Origin: Mizuhopecten yessoensis
Lineage: Eukaryota
Assembly: GCF_002113885.1 (NCBI RefSeq)
Contig: NW_018408904.1
Coordinates: 374,034 to 438,033 of the forward strand
Direction of reading: 5' to 3'
Length of the DNA stretch: 64,000 bases
Shown: positions 35,428-48,042 of the stretch, in pieces
How the letters are laid out: each line of letters begins with the position of its first letter
How positions within the stretch are numbered: position 1 is the first letter of the stretch
Program-made: the position numbers and the translations under genes
The notes under the pieces: generated by a model
Database searches by the model: none
Seen by the model: the letters and a program-made list of their open reading frames with translations, nothing else
What the model was told of the DNA's origin: nothing

Positions 35428-36699
35428 AACAAGAGGCCCAGAGGGCCTGAATCACTCACCTGGGTATATAAGCAATCATGGCAAAATATTCTCTAAATGA
35501 GATCCAAGGGAATATGCCAGACCCCAATGCCAATTCTTGTAGTATGTCTGTATTAGATTGTTCATGCCCAACAATTTAATGTATGGTTATGGGGTGGGGA
35601 TCCCAATTGTTTCCAAGCTGTGACTCTGGGACTATGTATCAAAGGGTTGGGCCAGACCCTAGACCATCCTGGAAGCAAATGTGCATGCTTCTCTTTATAC
35701 TCCACAATTGTATATATGGCTATACCATGGGGATCTCAACCATTTCCAAGTAATAAACTTTTTTTGGCCCCACCCTTAGCACGGTGGGGGGTCAGCCCAA
35801 CCATTTGTACAATTTTGAATCTCCACTACCAAGGATGCTTCCGGTTAAATATGGTTGATATCCATCTCTTAGTTCCAGAGAAGAAGTCGCTTAAATCAAT
35901 ATAGCGCAATTGTCCCCTTTTGGCCCCGCCCCTCAGGTCCCCCTTTACTGAAGAATGCTTCAGACCAAATATGGAACAAATCCTTTCATTCCTACAGAAG
36001 AAGGATTTTAAAGAATTTGCTTTGTTACCCCTATTGGGCCCGTCGCTCAGGCCCCTATGGGGCCAAACCCATGATTTATACAAAAATTGGTTCCCCTTCA
36101 CCAAAGGATGCTTCAGACCAAATATGGAACAAATCCTTTCATTCCTTCAGAAGAAGAAGGATTTTAAAGAATTTGCTATATTACCCCTATTGGGCCCTGC
36201 CCCTCAGGGGCCAGACCCCCAGTTTATACAAAATTGGTTCCCCTTTACCCAAGGATGCTTCAGACTAAATATGGAACAAATCCTTTCAATCCTACAGAAA
36301 AAGAAGGATTTTGAAGAATTTACTATGTGTTCCCTATTGGGCCCCGCCCCTCAGGCCCCTTGGGGGCCAGACCCCGGTTTATACAAAATTGGTTCCCCTT
36401 TCCCCAAGGATGCTTCAGACCAAATATAGAACAAATCCTTTCATTCCTACAGAGGAAGAAGGATTTTAAAGAATTTGCTATATTTCCCCTATTGGACCCC
36501 GCCCCTCAGCCCCCAGGGGTGCCAGACCCACCATTTATACAAAATGTATTCCCCTTCCCCTATTTCCCCTATTGGACCCCTTTGGTCAAAATCTGCTCAG
36601 TCGTTTATGACGAGTAGCGATATTTAGGAAAAGTTGATGGACGCCGGACGCCGCACCATGGCATAAGCTCACTTGCCCTTCGGGCAGGTGAGCTAAAAA
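35428..36699 (+). mobile_element. Full-length HINE-like (Helentron-associated) element with ~150-bp core repeats
   Basis: 5' AACAAGAGGCCCAGAGGGCCTGAATCACTCACCTG. Cores CTTCAGACCAAATATGGAACAAATCC at 35958, 36111, 36258 and 36413. GGAC(G) microrepeat, then the 3' hairpin AGCTCACTTGCCC-TTC-GGGCAGGTGAGCT-AAAAA. Confidence 0.8.
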
Positions 36700-37565
36700 C
36701 TGAAGGGAGGCTCCCCATAGAGATTTACTGCTTAAAGTTTCTATTGACACATGGATAGTATATGGAGCCCAAAGCTTTGATATCGCTTTTGCTTCCATGA
36801 AAAAATCATATAACATAAGACTGAATTGTAATTTCTCATTGACATGGCACTGGTTGATATTCTGGAATTTTTGGGCTATCCTTTTTCTCTCCTCAGTTCC
36901 TGTCTTTTTGTATTGACTTTTAATTTAGGTTTTGTTCTTGTCTGTTGATGCTGTGCTGTAGGCAATAATGGCTAATTATGCTTGGAGTCACTCCTCATTC
37001 TCAACAGTTGTAGGTTTGTTGGTGTTGTCTAGTTATGATATTAAGTCCATTGCATGAAAGAAACATGTCAAGTTCATGTACATATTTATCATAGGATATT
37101 TAAAGAAAACATCTTACACACAGTAAACACATTTTACAGATCAGAACAAGATTTTAAAATGTTATTATAATTCAAGTCACTAGTCTCCTTTTGCACAACA
37201 GGTATTACAGACCACATTTTTTTAAATTTTCCAAATACATTTTTTTCGCCAAAAAAATATGAATATTTAACAAGCGAATAGCTTTAATAGTCATGGATAC
37301 AGCTCAATTTGGAAGGAAAACAATTCTGTTTGTAACACATCCTTTTATTGTGATTGCTTCAAGTTCATAAAAACAAAAAGACAGACATGAAGCTCTGAAA
37401 TCTCTGATCGGTATGTAACTCTTTTGTATTTTTATCTTCAAAACGATAACAAGAAAACTGATGTTAAAATATACAAGTTTTAATTAGACAAAAAATATCT
37501 GTATACTAGATGGACGGAGGAATGTGTATAGAATAATTCAGTCTTTCATATAAAATCAAGGTCTA

Positions 37566-40500
37566 TCATGATAGAGTCTTGAAATGTTCAACACGTTCTT
37601 GGTAAAGTTTGTAAAATTCATTGGCTAAGTAGTAGAATGGGGCTTCCACATTTTGGAACTCTTTCTGTAAAAGAATAAACAAAGACAATCTAAGATCGAC
37701 AAAATTTTATGTATTTTTTTCTAAATGAAATTAATGCATTTATAACATAGTTTAAAGAAGAAAATTAAGATTAAATGTAATAAATAATCATTTTAAGTTA
37801 GAAATACATTAAGATTAAATGTAATAAAAAAACATTTAAGTTAGAAATACATTAAGATCTTATTACTTTAATATAATATTGTGTATATGTATACACAATA
37901 TACATTGAAATTTTGATATTTGATAGAATAAATTTACTTACTGAGGAACACTCAAAATATTTCAGGCCATTGGATTCCGCGAAGTGTGTGGCAGCCTTTG
38001 GACTGATCACTTGTCTCTGTTCCAAGTCAATTTTGTTTCCTATGAGAACTCCTGTGAAAAAGAACATTTCATATGTGAATGAATGACTCAGTAAACGATG
38101 ATAAACCTGGAATATCTGGAATAACCCTTACCAAACATAGTATGCCAATACTAGTTATCTCCCTTCTGTAAAATCATTATAACCATGTTTGTCTGACCAC
38201 ATGACATTGATGTTCTATCCATGTGGTCAAACTATAAGGCAAGAAATAGGTATACACATCTACCTTTAACAAAGTAAGAAAAGGAATGAAACAAATTTTG
38301 TAAAATATCTTTTTTAATCAATGCATTTTTATTTTGTCTAATAAACGTCAACACAAAGGCAATAAAATTCATGGCATACATACAGAGAAATGTCCCAGGT
38401 AGTTATTCAAAACTATGCTTCATGAATGCCATTGTACTATTTTTCGCACATCAAACAGTGTCTTTCAACTTGTGATCAAGACACCATTGTGCCTAACTGT
38501 ATATGCAGTAAATGAAATGTAACATCAAAATATAGAAAATAAATTTAGAATGACAAATTATTTTCAAGTATGTTTTTTATGTAATATGGATGAATTGCCT
38601 ATTAAGAATTTATTCCAGCAACGCATATACATGTATATATATATTGTGAAAACAATCTTAATTAACCAAGGGAGGTAATCCATGTACTCATTTAAATTGT
38701 GTTAGGTTGTGTATTTGAAATTAGGTAGACTGACATTCAAAAAATAATTAAGTGATGACAGTTCATTTAAAGCCATTTGTTTGTAGGTTGACACTTTCTT
38801 GGACTAAACCAATTTCTTGATGGGAAATATAGATCTATTCAGCTTTTTTAGATTACTTGAAAAAATGTTGCCGACTTCTGGGACAGCTCTATTTTTTTAT
38901 TTTATTTCTAAAATTACCTTAAATTGTAAGTTCCAAACTACTGTAAAAACCCATGTAATTTGCGCACCTGTGTAATGAGCTAACACTGTCTCTATGATTA
39001 CCCGTTAACAATAGCTCTACTAATTGAAATGATTTGCAGACGGACCGTGTTGTTTTTGTTTTCACTCACCAACACGTGGCGTGAATTACGAAGCCCTACT
39101 GCATTGTCATAACTACAGACTGATTTGACTGAAAAGGGATTATAAATAATATGTTTATGCTAGAAGCGTGGACAATCAATACATCCTCTTCAAATCTACT
39201 CCAAGGAAAAAAATAGTTAACGCAGACTATTTTTACGATGCTTCATTTAATAAATATTGAAATAATTCACGAGGTTATTATCAATCACGTGTTTACGTAA
39301 TGTTAGACGCGAGATCAACATGAAAGTGAGCCGGAAAAAAAACATGCTATACGTATACGCATAGGCGATTTGAAAAAACCTTACAGAACTTACATGGAAC
39401 GGAGCTTAAATTGAACAACTACATTTTCGTAATAGTATGGGGAAACGCACCGAGATGTCGAAACGTAATGTCGTAAGTTGATCGGCGATTCTCTGGCATA
39501 GGAATTTGGCTAAACTTTTTTTGTTAACGGTTACCTATTTATTAATACTTTTCACATAAACTCACATAACAACACATTATGTATCTTTTATTAATGTTTG
39601 ACATAAATAAATTTGTTGATCGTCATTTGTCTTAGAGTTCCGTGTACCAAGGGACATAATCCAAGATGGCGATCTCTCAGAATCGTCGATCTTTTCCTGA
39701 AAAAAACTTGAAATTTTCTATACCTGTGTATTTTACGCACCCCCAACTTTGGGTATTAAATTTCTGAAAAAAAAGTGCGCAAATTACATGGGTTTTTACG
39801 GTACATGGTTACCGTTAAAAATGTACAAATTCTGGCAGATTTTTCTAAAGACAGGAACAGATGTTGGCTTCAGAATAAACATAGGCCTTCATTTACTGCA
39901 GATCTAGTGTATAATGGTGTCTTGACACCAAATTAAAAGAATGTGATGCAACGAAAACATTATGAATGTGTAATGGTGATTAAATGAATAGCTGAATTTA
40001 CAGAATCTGTATGTAGGCAATGAATTTTGTAGACATTTATCCCTTGAGCAAACAATAAACAAGAGGCCCAATGGGCCTGAATCGCTCACCTGGTTTTAAT
40101 CTCACACTTGTAATCTTAAAAGTGGACAAAAATTCAACTACAGGCAGAATATCAGTGTTTGATTCATAAAAACTTACTAAAAGATTAAAACATATGACGC
40201 CTGTGACCTTGAATGTTAAACAAGGACATTAGGTTGAACAGAGTTTATAGTCTTCAAACCCAGCATGCTTTTAGCAAAATATCATTACACCGGATTAAGA
40301 AGTCATTCAAAGGTTTGAAACATATTTGACCCCTGTGACCTTGAATATAAGTCAAGGTCATTCATTTGAACAAACTTGATAGCCCTTCATCCAAGCATGT
40401 TACTGGCCAAATATCATCACCCTAGACCTTTTGGTTATTCAGAGGAAGTTGTTTAAAGATTTAAACATATTTGACCCATGTGACCTTGTATATAAGTCAA

Positions 40501-43500
40501 GGTCATTTATTTGAACAAACTTGGTAGCCCTTCATCCCAGCATTTTATTGGCTAAATATCATCACCCTAGGCCTCTTGGTTATTCAGAAGATGTTGTTTA
40601 AATGTGTTGTACATATTTGACCCCTGTGACCTTGAATATAATTCAAGGTCATTTATTTGAACAAACTTGCTAGTCTTTCATCCCAGCATGTTACTGGCCA
40701 AATTTCAGCACCCTAGGCCTTTTGGTTATACAGAAGAAGTTGTTTAAATGTTTTGAACATATTTGACTCCTGTGACCTTGAGTATTTGTCAAGGTCATTC
40801 ATTTTAACAAACTTGGTAGTCCTTCATCCTAACATGTTAATGGTTAAATATCATTATCCTAGGCCTCTTTGTTATTCAGAGGAAGTTGTTTAAAGATTTT
40901 TTAAGACAATTGACCCCTGTGACCTTGAATATTTGTCAAGGTCATTCATTTGAACAAACTTGGTAGCCCTTCATCCCAGCATGCTTCTGGCCAGATGAGC
41001 TAAAAAGCACTATTTAATGAAAATATTTAACAAAATGGTAGACATGTATAAGGCAACATCTTGACTGTAGGCACTTCATTCTGATAATGTTGATGAAACT
41101 TCAACCTTCTTTTGTCTCGGACTTAACTTCAGGAAACCAAGCGAGGAAATCATGGTCAATTAAATGTCTTTTGTAATTAGACATCCACATGTGTGAATAT
41201 TGGTGAAAATGCATTCATATTTACAATGGCAGTATATTGAAATATAGAAGTACTGATAATAACATGAAAAACAATAAACAAGGAATTTATAAGATAGGAA
41301 ACAGTCTAACTCATACATACATGCATCATTTAAATGTGACAGATTTACCTGGCATGTGAACATCTGGCTTCTCTGACCGGACGCGTTCTAACCATTTAGC
41401 ACAACTTGAGAAAGATGTCTCACTTGTCACATCAAAAACAATGATGATGACACTGGGGTGGTCCCACTTCAAGTAAAATAACATAGAATACAACCATTAA
41501 GACATTAGAATATTATTATAGGCAAATGATGAGGTGCACAGATATACAATATTGATGGATGGTTTGGTCCAATGATTATTCATAGTCACAGCGTGGTAAC
41601 AATATGGAATATGGAATACAATTACCTTCCCACGACAGTCAGAGCTTCTGTAGTATTGTCACAAAAGATCATATTTTTTTTTAAATGTTACTTTAATGAA
41701 TCAGATTTATAATAAAATATTTTGAGGAGAAAATAGTTAGTATAAATTTGTAAAGTTTGAGAATTAAAGCATAGCTCTGATATCTTTTGATCGGAGACAT
41801 TATCCCACCAGTAACATCAGTTATTTACAGTCTTGAGAAAATTCCAATCTGATGATGAGAAATTATGTTTTCAAGATCAGGAATCAGGATTTTTTCAGGC
41901 ATCTAAATTATAAAAACGTAAGAAAAATTCTCAAGCAGCTATCTTGAATTATCGGGGATTTCCCTCAACTAGCTAGCTATATACTCTTTCCTGCAGGAAA
42001 TTTTGAAATTAAATGGGAAATATTACTGTAGTTGAAACATTACAAATGTATTGTGGTAGTGAAAACCCTGTGCTCTACAATCGTTATCACACAACCTTGT
42101 CAACCTCTCTGCATGTGTATAAATACATGATTTGTTTCATGTATCACTAAACTGTATTTTTAATAGGATATTAACGTATACAATTTGAGAAAATGCTAGG
42201 TATTTATTGTGTTACATTAAAAAGAACAGAAATTTCAACAAAAGAAAAAAAGACATGTTGGTATTTAAAATTTCACAACTTACAAATTTCTTGACATAAT
42301 CGGAAAAGATTTCTTTTCCAGCAGAGTCATACAAAAACAGCTCCTGTAAAACACAGAAAATGTACACTCAATGCAACTACAATGTACCACTGAAAACCTT
42401 TAGTTCTCATAATTTGAAATCTGTATTTGATGTTGAAATCATCTTAGTATTTACATAAGGAAATTATATAATGATACAGTTAATCACATCTTGTAGTTTT
42501 TACATTGTAGTATCTTTGTACCGACGCCTGATACAATAACACTAACAACACCTTCACAAGGCTGAGACCAAATTACAAAATCCAGCCATTTTATATTACA
42601 CTGGTCCATTATCGTTAAATGTACTTGTAACAGCTGATAGAATTACAGTGCCTACCACTGAATCTCTTGTTTCTGGAATATTGACTGATTTTACCAGCAG
42701 CTCGACACCAGCAGTCTGAAAAGATAACAATCTAATTTACGATCACCGACACAATAAAAATAAAACAAAAGTCTTACAATGATGTATACAACACCATTCA
42801 TTGTCTTAAAATTCACTCAAATTCAGACTGTTTTCATTCAACCAACTACATGTAGTATCCTCAGAGAAATGACCAGAGAAGCATATAAGCATGTAAAAGA
42901 AATACAAAATGTATTAGTAAGTAAGATCAAATTGATGTAACTGAATCTACCTAGATTTTATATTACCAACATGAACATATTTTACACCTTTTGTACAGCA
43001 GAATTCATTTGTGGATTTGATTTGTTATTTCATACAAAACAACTCAGTGTACACACACTTTTACAATAGCCAATGTCAATATTCATATAACCTACTCGTA
43101 CATATTTTACACCTTTTTGTACATGTATACATACAGTTCACTGGCCATTTGACCAAGATGACATCGAAATGTCACATATAAACGTTTTTCTGGTTGTGCT
43201 ACATAAAATATCTAAAGTCTATATTTACCAACTTGAAGAAAAAGCTTAGAAATAGTGGGAGGGATGTAAGGCAAAGTAGGTCAGTAATTTTACAAGTGGG
43301 ATCTTGGCACCTTACATCGTAAGATCTTCATTTGTTCTACGTCAGTTTGATTGTTAATTTTCCCTTCATCTTGTGGTAACTTTTAATAAAAAAAATCTGT
43401 AATGCTGGATTTGAGAGTGTCTTTTCAAAGTGAGGTCATTGTTCATTATTTACTTCTTTAAAAATAATGACAAAAAACTTGAACTCTCAAAACCAGTGGC

Positions 43501-46500
43501 TGTCTGAACAGTGGTGACCATTTTATTTTCCCTATCAGTCCCAAAATGAAACATGCACAATTTAGGAGCAAGGGTAACCTCCATATGAAATTTGAGAAAG
43601 ATCTGTTGAATTATTTTTTCTTAAGTACTATTTGATAAAGGTGGGCTAAACATGCCCTTGTCACATTGTACCAGTTTCACACGTGACATGTATACATGTA
43701 AACAATATATCAATCAAAAACTCTTTCCTATATGAACTATCTGGATCACTTAAAAAGAAGTATAAAATGAGGTTTTTGCATTGTGCTACATCACTGCCAA
43801 CCACAAAAAATGTGTACCAAATACATACTTCATAGGTGGGATGGCTGACTCGTGTCAGGAATGGGTTCTTATGAGTAATACTTTTCAAAAGGTATGCTTA
43901 AGTAATTATATGTTTGTTTCTATGAATCAATAGACTTTAATGTGTCACATTAAAATGTCAAATTATCCTTTAAGTGAAAATTGAAAAATAATCTGACAAG
44001 AAAGGCTAGCCCATGACAGAAGATGCATGTTGATATTTATATATTTCCAAAATGTTTGTTCCAATTCTACATTTTCAACATGAATTTTTTGAATGAGGAT
44101 AGATAAGGTGTTGAAAAAAGAGAAATCTATATTTTTAAGTATGAGTTGGAACCTTGGTTATTTTATATGAAAATACTTTTTTTTTCAATACACCATTTAT
44201 AATACATGTATTAATATTTGTTACTTAGAATCTATGAGTACCTAATCAATTGTGATGCCACTGTCATAGCAGGTAAGAAGAACATGACTAGTGAATGAAT
44301 ACCCAATTTTTTTCATCAGCAGCCAGAGTTGTCCTCACGGGATTGCAGAGATTCAGTATGTGTCTTTGAATGGTCTGCTATGACGTAGATCAACGCAAAA
44401 ACTAATAAAAAATGCAGTTTTGCAATATTGTCCTACTACCCATGGTATATTCATTTTCCGTTTTGAGGCAGACTTTTGGTTAGAGGTTTTACATCCTTGC
44501 CACAGCTTAGGTCATAGGAGTACATATGCCACAAAGTATGCTTACCAGTAATGTTTGCCTTCTAATTTACAGTGTATGATGTTTCTTCCATTGTTGTTAT
44601 GAAATAGGCTAGGACTACCACTCAAAAGTGACAACAAATGCACTGAGAAGCTTCCACAAGACATTTGTTTCAGTACCAAGATGTTTCAGCACTTGTGTAT
44701 GACATTTCAGTACTCCCAAAGTTATTGAGATATATTCTAAGATTTTCTTGATATTCTTGGGTACTGAAATCTCTAGAATGCAATAACTTAAGATACTAAA
44801 CTAAGATATCATCATTATACATTTTGTTTATGTAACGGAAGTTAGTATTTTTCAATACCTACGCTAGGAGCCGAACAAGGGACCTGTGCTTTATTAGTCT
44901 TACGCTCTACCAAGTGAGCAAAGGAGAAATTCTCCCTAGCGCAGTCCGTAGGAAGCGGCCAGTATTTTACCAGAGTGACATACTCCCCCTCTAGGAAAGA
45001 ACTTGTCTTGAGTTGTAGAGGACAATGTAACAGCTAGAGGTCATTATTTTTTAAATGCCTCTGCTAGGATTTGTACCCGGGTCCTCTGGTTTACCTGTTG
45101 TCAGTATAATGTGACCGGACGAAATGCTGTGCTGGTTGCCTTCGGCATTGTGTTTCAGTGAGATAGCAATATAAAGTCAGCATCAGATCTGACTATCACA
45201 CACAAGGAGGCAAGCACACAACATACCCTGTCTCCTGCACACACACAAGCTACATACACTACACACATGGAGGCACGTCCTTAAATGACCTTAGCTGTTA
45301 ATGATGCTTAACAAAAATAAACCAAACCAAACCAAACCAAATTACTAGTCTAACGCTCTACCAATTGAGCTATCTAGTCAACATCGATTGGCCCAGTCCA
45401 ATATCTGCTACATTTATAGGACCATATAACAAATGCATGCAGTACAGGCAGGACATTGGTTCAGCTTTTTTAAATTATTACCATTGTGTAGTTCTTTGCA
45501 AAGTGAGACCCATCACTATGAAACATCTGGCTGATAGAACTTTTTCCAACAGTTGTATCGCCTGAAACAATAAAATTCATTACAAAATTTTCACAATCTG
45601 ATAATCCTGTTGCTCAGATAAGCTTTATCAATTCTGATTTTGAAAGCACTGATGGTGGGCACAGACTAGCTGTGATTGCCTTCAAATTTGATAGACCGTT
45701 TCGCAAAATCTAGTAAATTATATATACAAACAAATGTAGCTTATTCATTTTATTTCCAACGTTGTGTACATTGTCTTGCCGTTTGTGAATGCTTTACCTC
45801 CTTATACTTGCAGCCAGGGCAAAGTAGGCCCGTGTATTAATATCAATAATTCACAGAGAGCTTGTTCCATTATAATTAAGGCATTAGGTTATTTTTTAAA
45901 ACCCAGTACAGAGGAAACCAGGCATTAATGATAGGTGCAACATTCTCTGGATGATTGTTCCATATTTTAACAAATCTTATCGTAAAGAATTTCTATCTAA
46001 AGAAATGTGTTACAGGAAGTTCTACCTCTTTCAATATGCCTTAATTGTTGAGACAGCTTTCCATAGTTTTACAATGTAGCACAAATCTCATATAGATTTT
46101 TTTTACCGTTCAGTATCTTGAATATCCCCCCTCCCCCCAACTTCTCTGTATTGATAAGGAGGAAAGTTTGGGTTTCTTCAGTCTCTGAGAATCATTTATT
46201 ACAACTCTTATTGAGTTTCACTAGGTGTAACAGCTACTTTGTCGTGGCAAAGGCAAAAACAAAAGTTTCAATTAACACGATACGGCAGTGGTGCGAGGAT
46301 CCATAATATATTCCTAATATACCCTTATAATCTGTCTGACAACGTGGACCAAAATTATTCCATTTTCATTCACCTAAAATAGAATTCAAATTACACTGTT
46401 ATTCCACATAGGCCTATCCAATTCACCATTTTGATCGAAATTACTGCACTAAAACTGAGGATGTCTCGCTTGCTCAATTCAAGTCAAATCAATTTACGAT

Positions 46501-46589
46501 ATTACAAAAAAAAACTTCGACATTTTCTTAGTGGATATGGTTAAATACGTACCAACAATGACGCATTTTGCTCTGAGTGTAACCGGCAT
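37566..46589 (-). CDS. IFT27: Intraflagellar transport protein 27 (Rab-like small GTPase RABL4), 7 exons, 187 aa
   Basis: Exons (minus): 46553-46589 (MPVTLRAKCVIV), 45482-45561 (GDTTVGKS...SDGSHFAKNYTM), 42656-42715, 42284-42343 (ELFLYDSAGKEIF), 41349-41466 (WDHPSVIIIVFDVT), 37942-38051 (GVLIGNKIDL...YFECSS), 37566-37664 (NVEAPFYYLANEFYKLYQERVEHFKTLS*). The total of 564 nt is open. DSAGKE and the lack of a prenylation motif match IFT27. Confidence 0.95.
38941..39801. mobile_element. MITE / non-autonomous Tc1-mariner/pogo-type DNA transposon in IFT27 intron 5
   Basis: 27-bp TIRs C(T/C)GTAAAAACCCATGTAATTTGCGCAC at 38941-38967 and 39775-39801 (1 mismatch), flanked by TA on both sides. No transposase ORF. 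Confidence 0.88.
40058..41006 (+). mobile_element. HINE-like element with ~146-bp palindromic core repeats in IFT27 intron 5
   Basis: 5' AACAAGAGGCCCAATGGGCCTGAATCGCTCACCTGG. Cores CATATTTGACCCCTGTGACCTTGAATATAAGTCAAGGTCA at 40321, 40466, 40612, 40758 and ~40908. 3' GGCCAGATGAGCTAAAAA. Confidence 0.8.
44857..45372 (-). mobile_element. Two tRNA(Thr)-like SINE heads; the second is split by an insertion
   Basis: Minus strand TTGCTCACTTGGTAGAGCGTAAGACTAATAA...GTTCGGCTCC (44857-44922). Joining 45056-45094 to 45346-45372 gives TAGCTCAATTGGTAGAGCGTTAGACTAGTAAACCAGAGGACCCGGGTACAAATCC (A box, CT-AGT-AA loop, degenerate B box). Confidence 0.6.
45095..45341 (+). mobile_element. 5'-truncated Meta-SINE-like element with (AACCA)n tail
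   Basis: ATAATGTGACCG...GTTTCAGTGAGATAGCAATATAAA central domain, CA-rich segment, CGTCCTTAAATGACCTTAGCTGTTAAT, and tail AAACCAAACCAAACC. TTAC is present at both junctions. Confidence 0.6.
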
Positions 46590-47064
46590 TTTTACTCGTG
46601 TTGCTTTGCTATATAGGCCCTATATAATTTGTGCTTTGGAATGTTGTTTTGGTTGAGAAATACAAAACCCGAGCACTGACTAAGCTATGTATTTTGATTG
46701 GTCTACTCTTTTCCACCAATCGCAACCAATGTAACATTGGCCTCAGAAAACCGGAAGTTGGGGAAGCTGGAAAGTTCATCGACGAAGCAACCTTACTTGT
46801 TGGTAAAATACGTCCAAAAATTGCAATGAAGAAAAAGAAGCAAGTTTTTGGGTCAGAAATATGCAATATGTACTTCTGCTGAGCACAAAGTCCAAGAAGG
46901 ATAGTGAATAGATAATCGCTCTGTTCTTCTGTGCGACCGTGTGTTTTAGGAGACGGATGCTGAATATCGTCTGAGAACGTATTTCATCAACATCGTAACG
47001 TGCTATGGGATATGTTATCATGGAGTAACGTTTTCGAAATTCCAGAATAAGTGAAAAAATATCG
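46590..47064. promoter_or_regulatory. Bidirectional promoter shared by IFT27 and the ASB-like gene
   Basis: Only 475 bp separate the divergent ATGs. CCAAT boxes occur in both orientations (46697-46701, 46716-46720, 46726-46730, 46736-46740) with an ETS motif CCGGAAGT (46751-46758). CpG is locally higher. Confidence 0.7.
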
Positions 47065-48042
47065 ATGAAAATGCAAAAACCTGTAGATCGAAATTTTACT
47101 TTAGCAATGGAGAGAGGAAATCATCTCATATTGCCCACTGCTTTCCACCCAATTAACAAATACAATCAATCGCATTTGGTTTTTGATTTGTATATGGCAG
47201 TAGCTTCGGGAAGTACACAAGAGGCCAGGAACATCCTTCTATCATATCCACACGTTGATTTTAACATACCAGTAAAGGGTGCAACAGCTTTGTCACTGTC
47301 TCTTTACAAGAGACATTTTGATATTTTTAATCTATTGATGCGCCACTATGAAAAGAGCAAGAATCTGAACTTAAACAAAAGCAGCAAAGATCATTTGAAC
47401 CGTGTTGAGCCACCTATTATTACAGCCTGCCGAATGCATTTTCTTGAGGGAGTGGTTGCATTGGTAAATGCTGGTGCTGACATCGATGCAGCTGACAACT
47501 ACAATCACACAGCTTTGTGGGTAGCATGCAGACAACAAATGCCAGACCTAGTGGAGTATTTGATTTCAAATGGTGCTAGTGTCAATAAAACCGACCAGTT
47601 CAACCGTACCCCACTTCTCACAGCCTTAACCTACAGGGTCAGCTCTTTTATCACAAAAACTCTTATTGTCCATGGAAGCAATTTACAAGGTCCGAAATAC
47701 CCAATTGGTGGCACAAGCGCACAACATAATCCTCTTTTCTGGGCATCAAAGCACAAAGCAATGGAAATTGTCAAACTTTTGTTGTGTGCAGGTATACCTT
47801 TGTGGGAGATTCGTAGTGTGAGAAGAGCTTTAGTCATGGATGGGGACAATGATGTGGCTATAATAGGGCTATTAGATGCTGAAATCAACAACCCTCCAAG
47901 TCTGAAACAACTCTGTCGAATGGAAATCAGATCTTGTATCAGCAGAAACTGTAATGGGAAAGGGTTTTTGAAAAATATTGAAACATTACCACTTCCTGTT
48001 ATATTAAAACAACATGTGAGTCTCAGAGTATTGTATATGTAA
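47065..48042 (+). CDS. Ankyrin repeat and SOCS box-containing protein (ASB-like), single coding exon, 325 aa
   Basis: Ankyrin repeats (GATALSLSL, PPIITAC, ALVNAGADID, NHTALWVAC, YLISNGASVN, RTPLLTAL, NPLFWAS) and a C-terminal SOCS box (PPSLKQLCRMEIR...LPLPVILKQHV). The ORF is uninterrupted. Confidence 0.92.
   Translation: MKMQKPVDRNFTLAMERGNHLILPTAFHPINKYNQSHLVFDLYMAVASGSTQEARNILLSYPHVDFNIPVKGATALSLSLYKRHFDIFNLLMRHYEKSKNLNLNKSSKDHLNRVEPPIITACRMHFLEGVVALVNAGADIDAADNYNHTALWVACRQQMPDLVEYLISNGASVNKTDQFNRTPLLTALTYRVSSFITKTLIVHGSNLQGPKYPIGGTSAQHNPLFWASKHKAMEIVKLLLCAGIPLWEIRSVRRALVMDGDNDVAIIGLLDAEINNPPSLKQLCRMEIRSCISRNCNGKGFLKNIETLPLPVILKQHVSLRVLYM

Noticed and set aside
35920-36617. Pro-rich repeated ORFs here and at 55721-56675
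   Set aside because: They are translations of non-coding transposon core repeats.
44857-44922. Functional tRNA gene
   Set aside because: Stems and the B box are degenerate, so it is better explained as a SINE head.
11935-46589. Functional cluster of a ciliary chemoreceptor with IFT27
   Set aside because: Adjacency alone, 11 kb apart and separated by repeats, with no shared regulatory evidence.
46599-47030. RFX X-box for the ciliary gene (GTTGCTTTGCTAT; GTTATCATGGAGTAAC)
   Set aside because: Only partial matches with the wrong spacing, which is not enough to call without a matrix scan.
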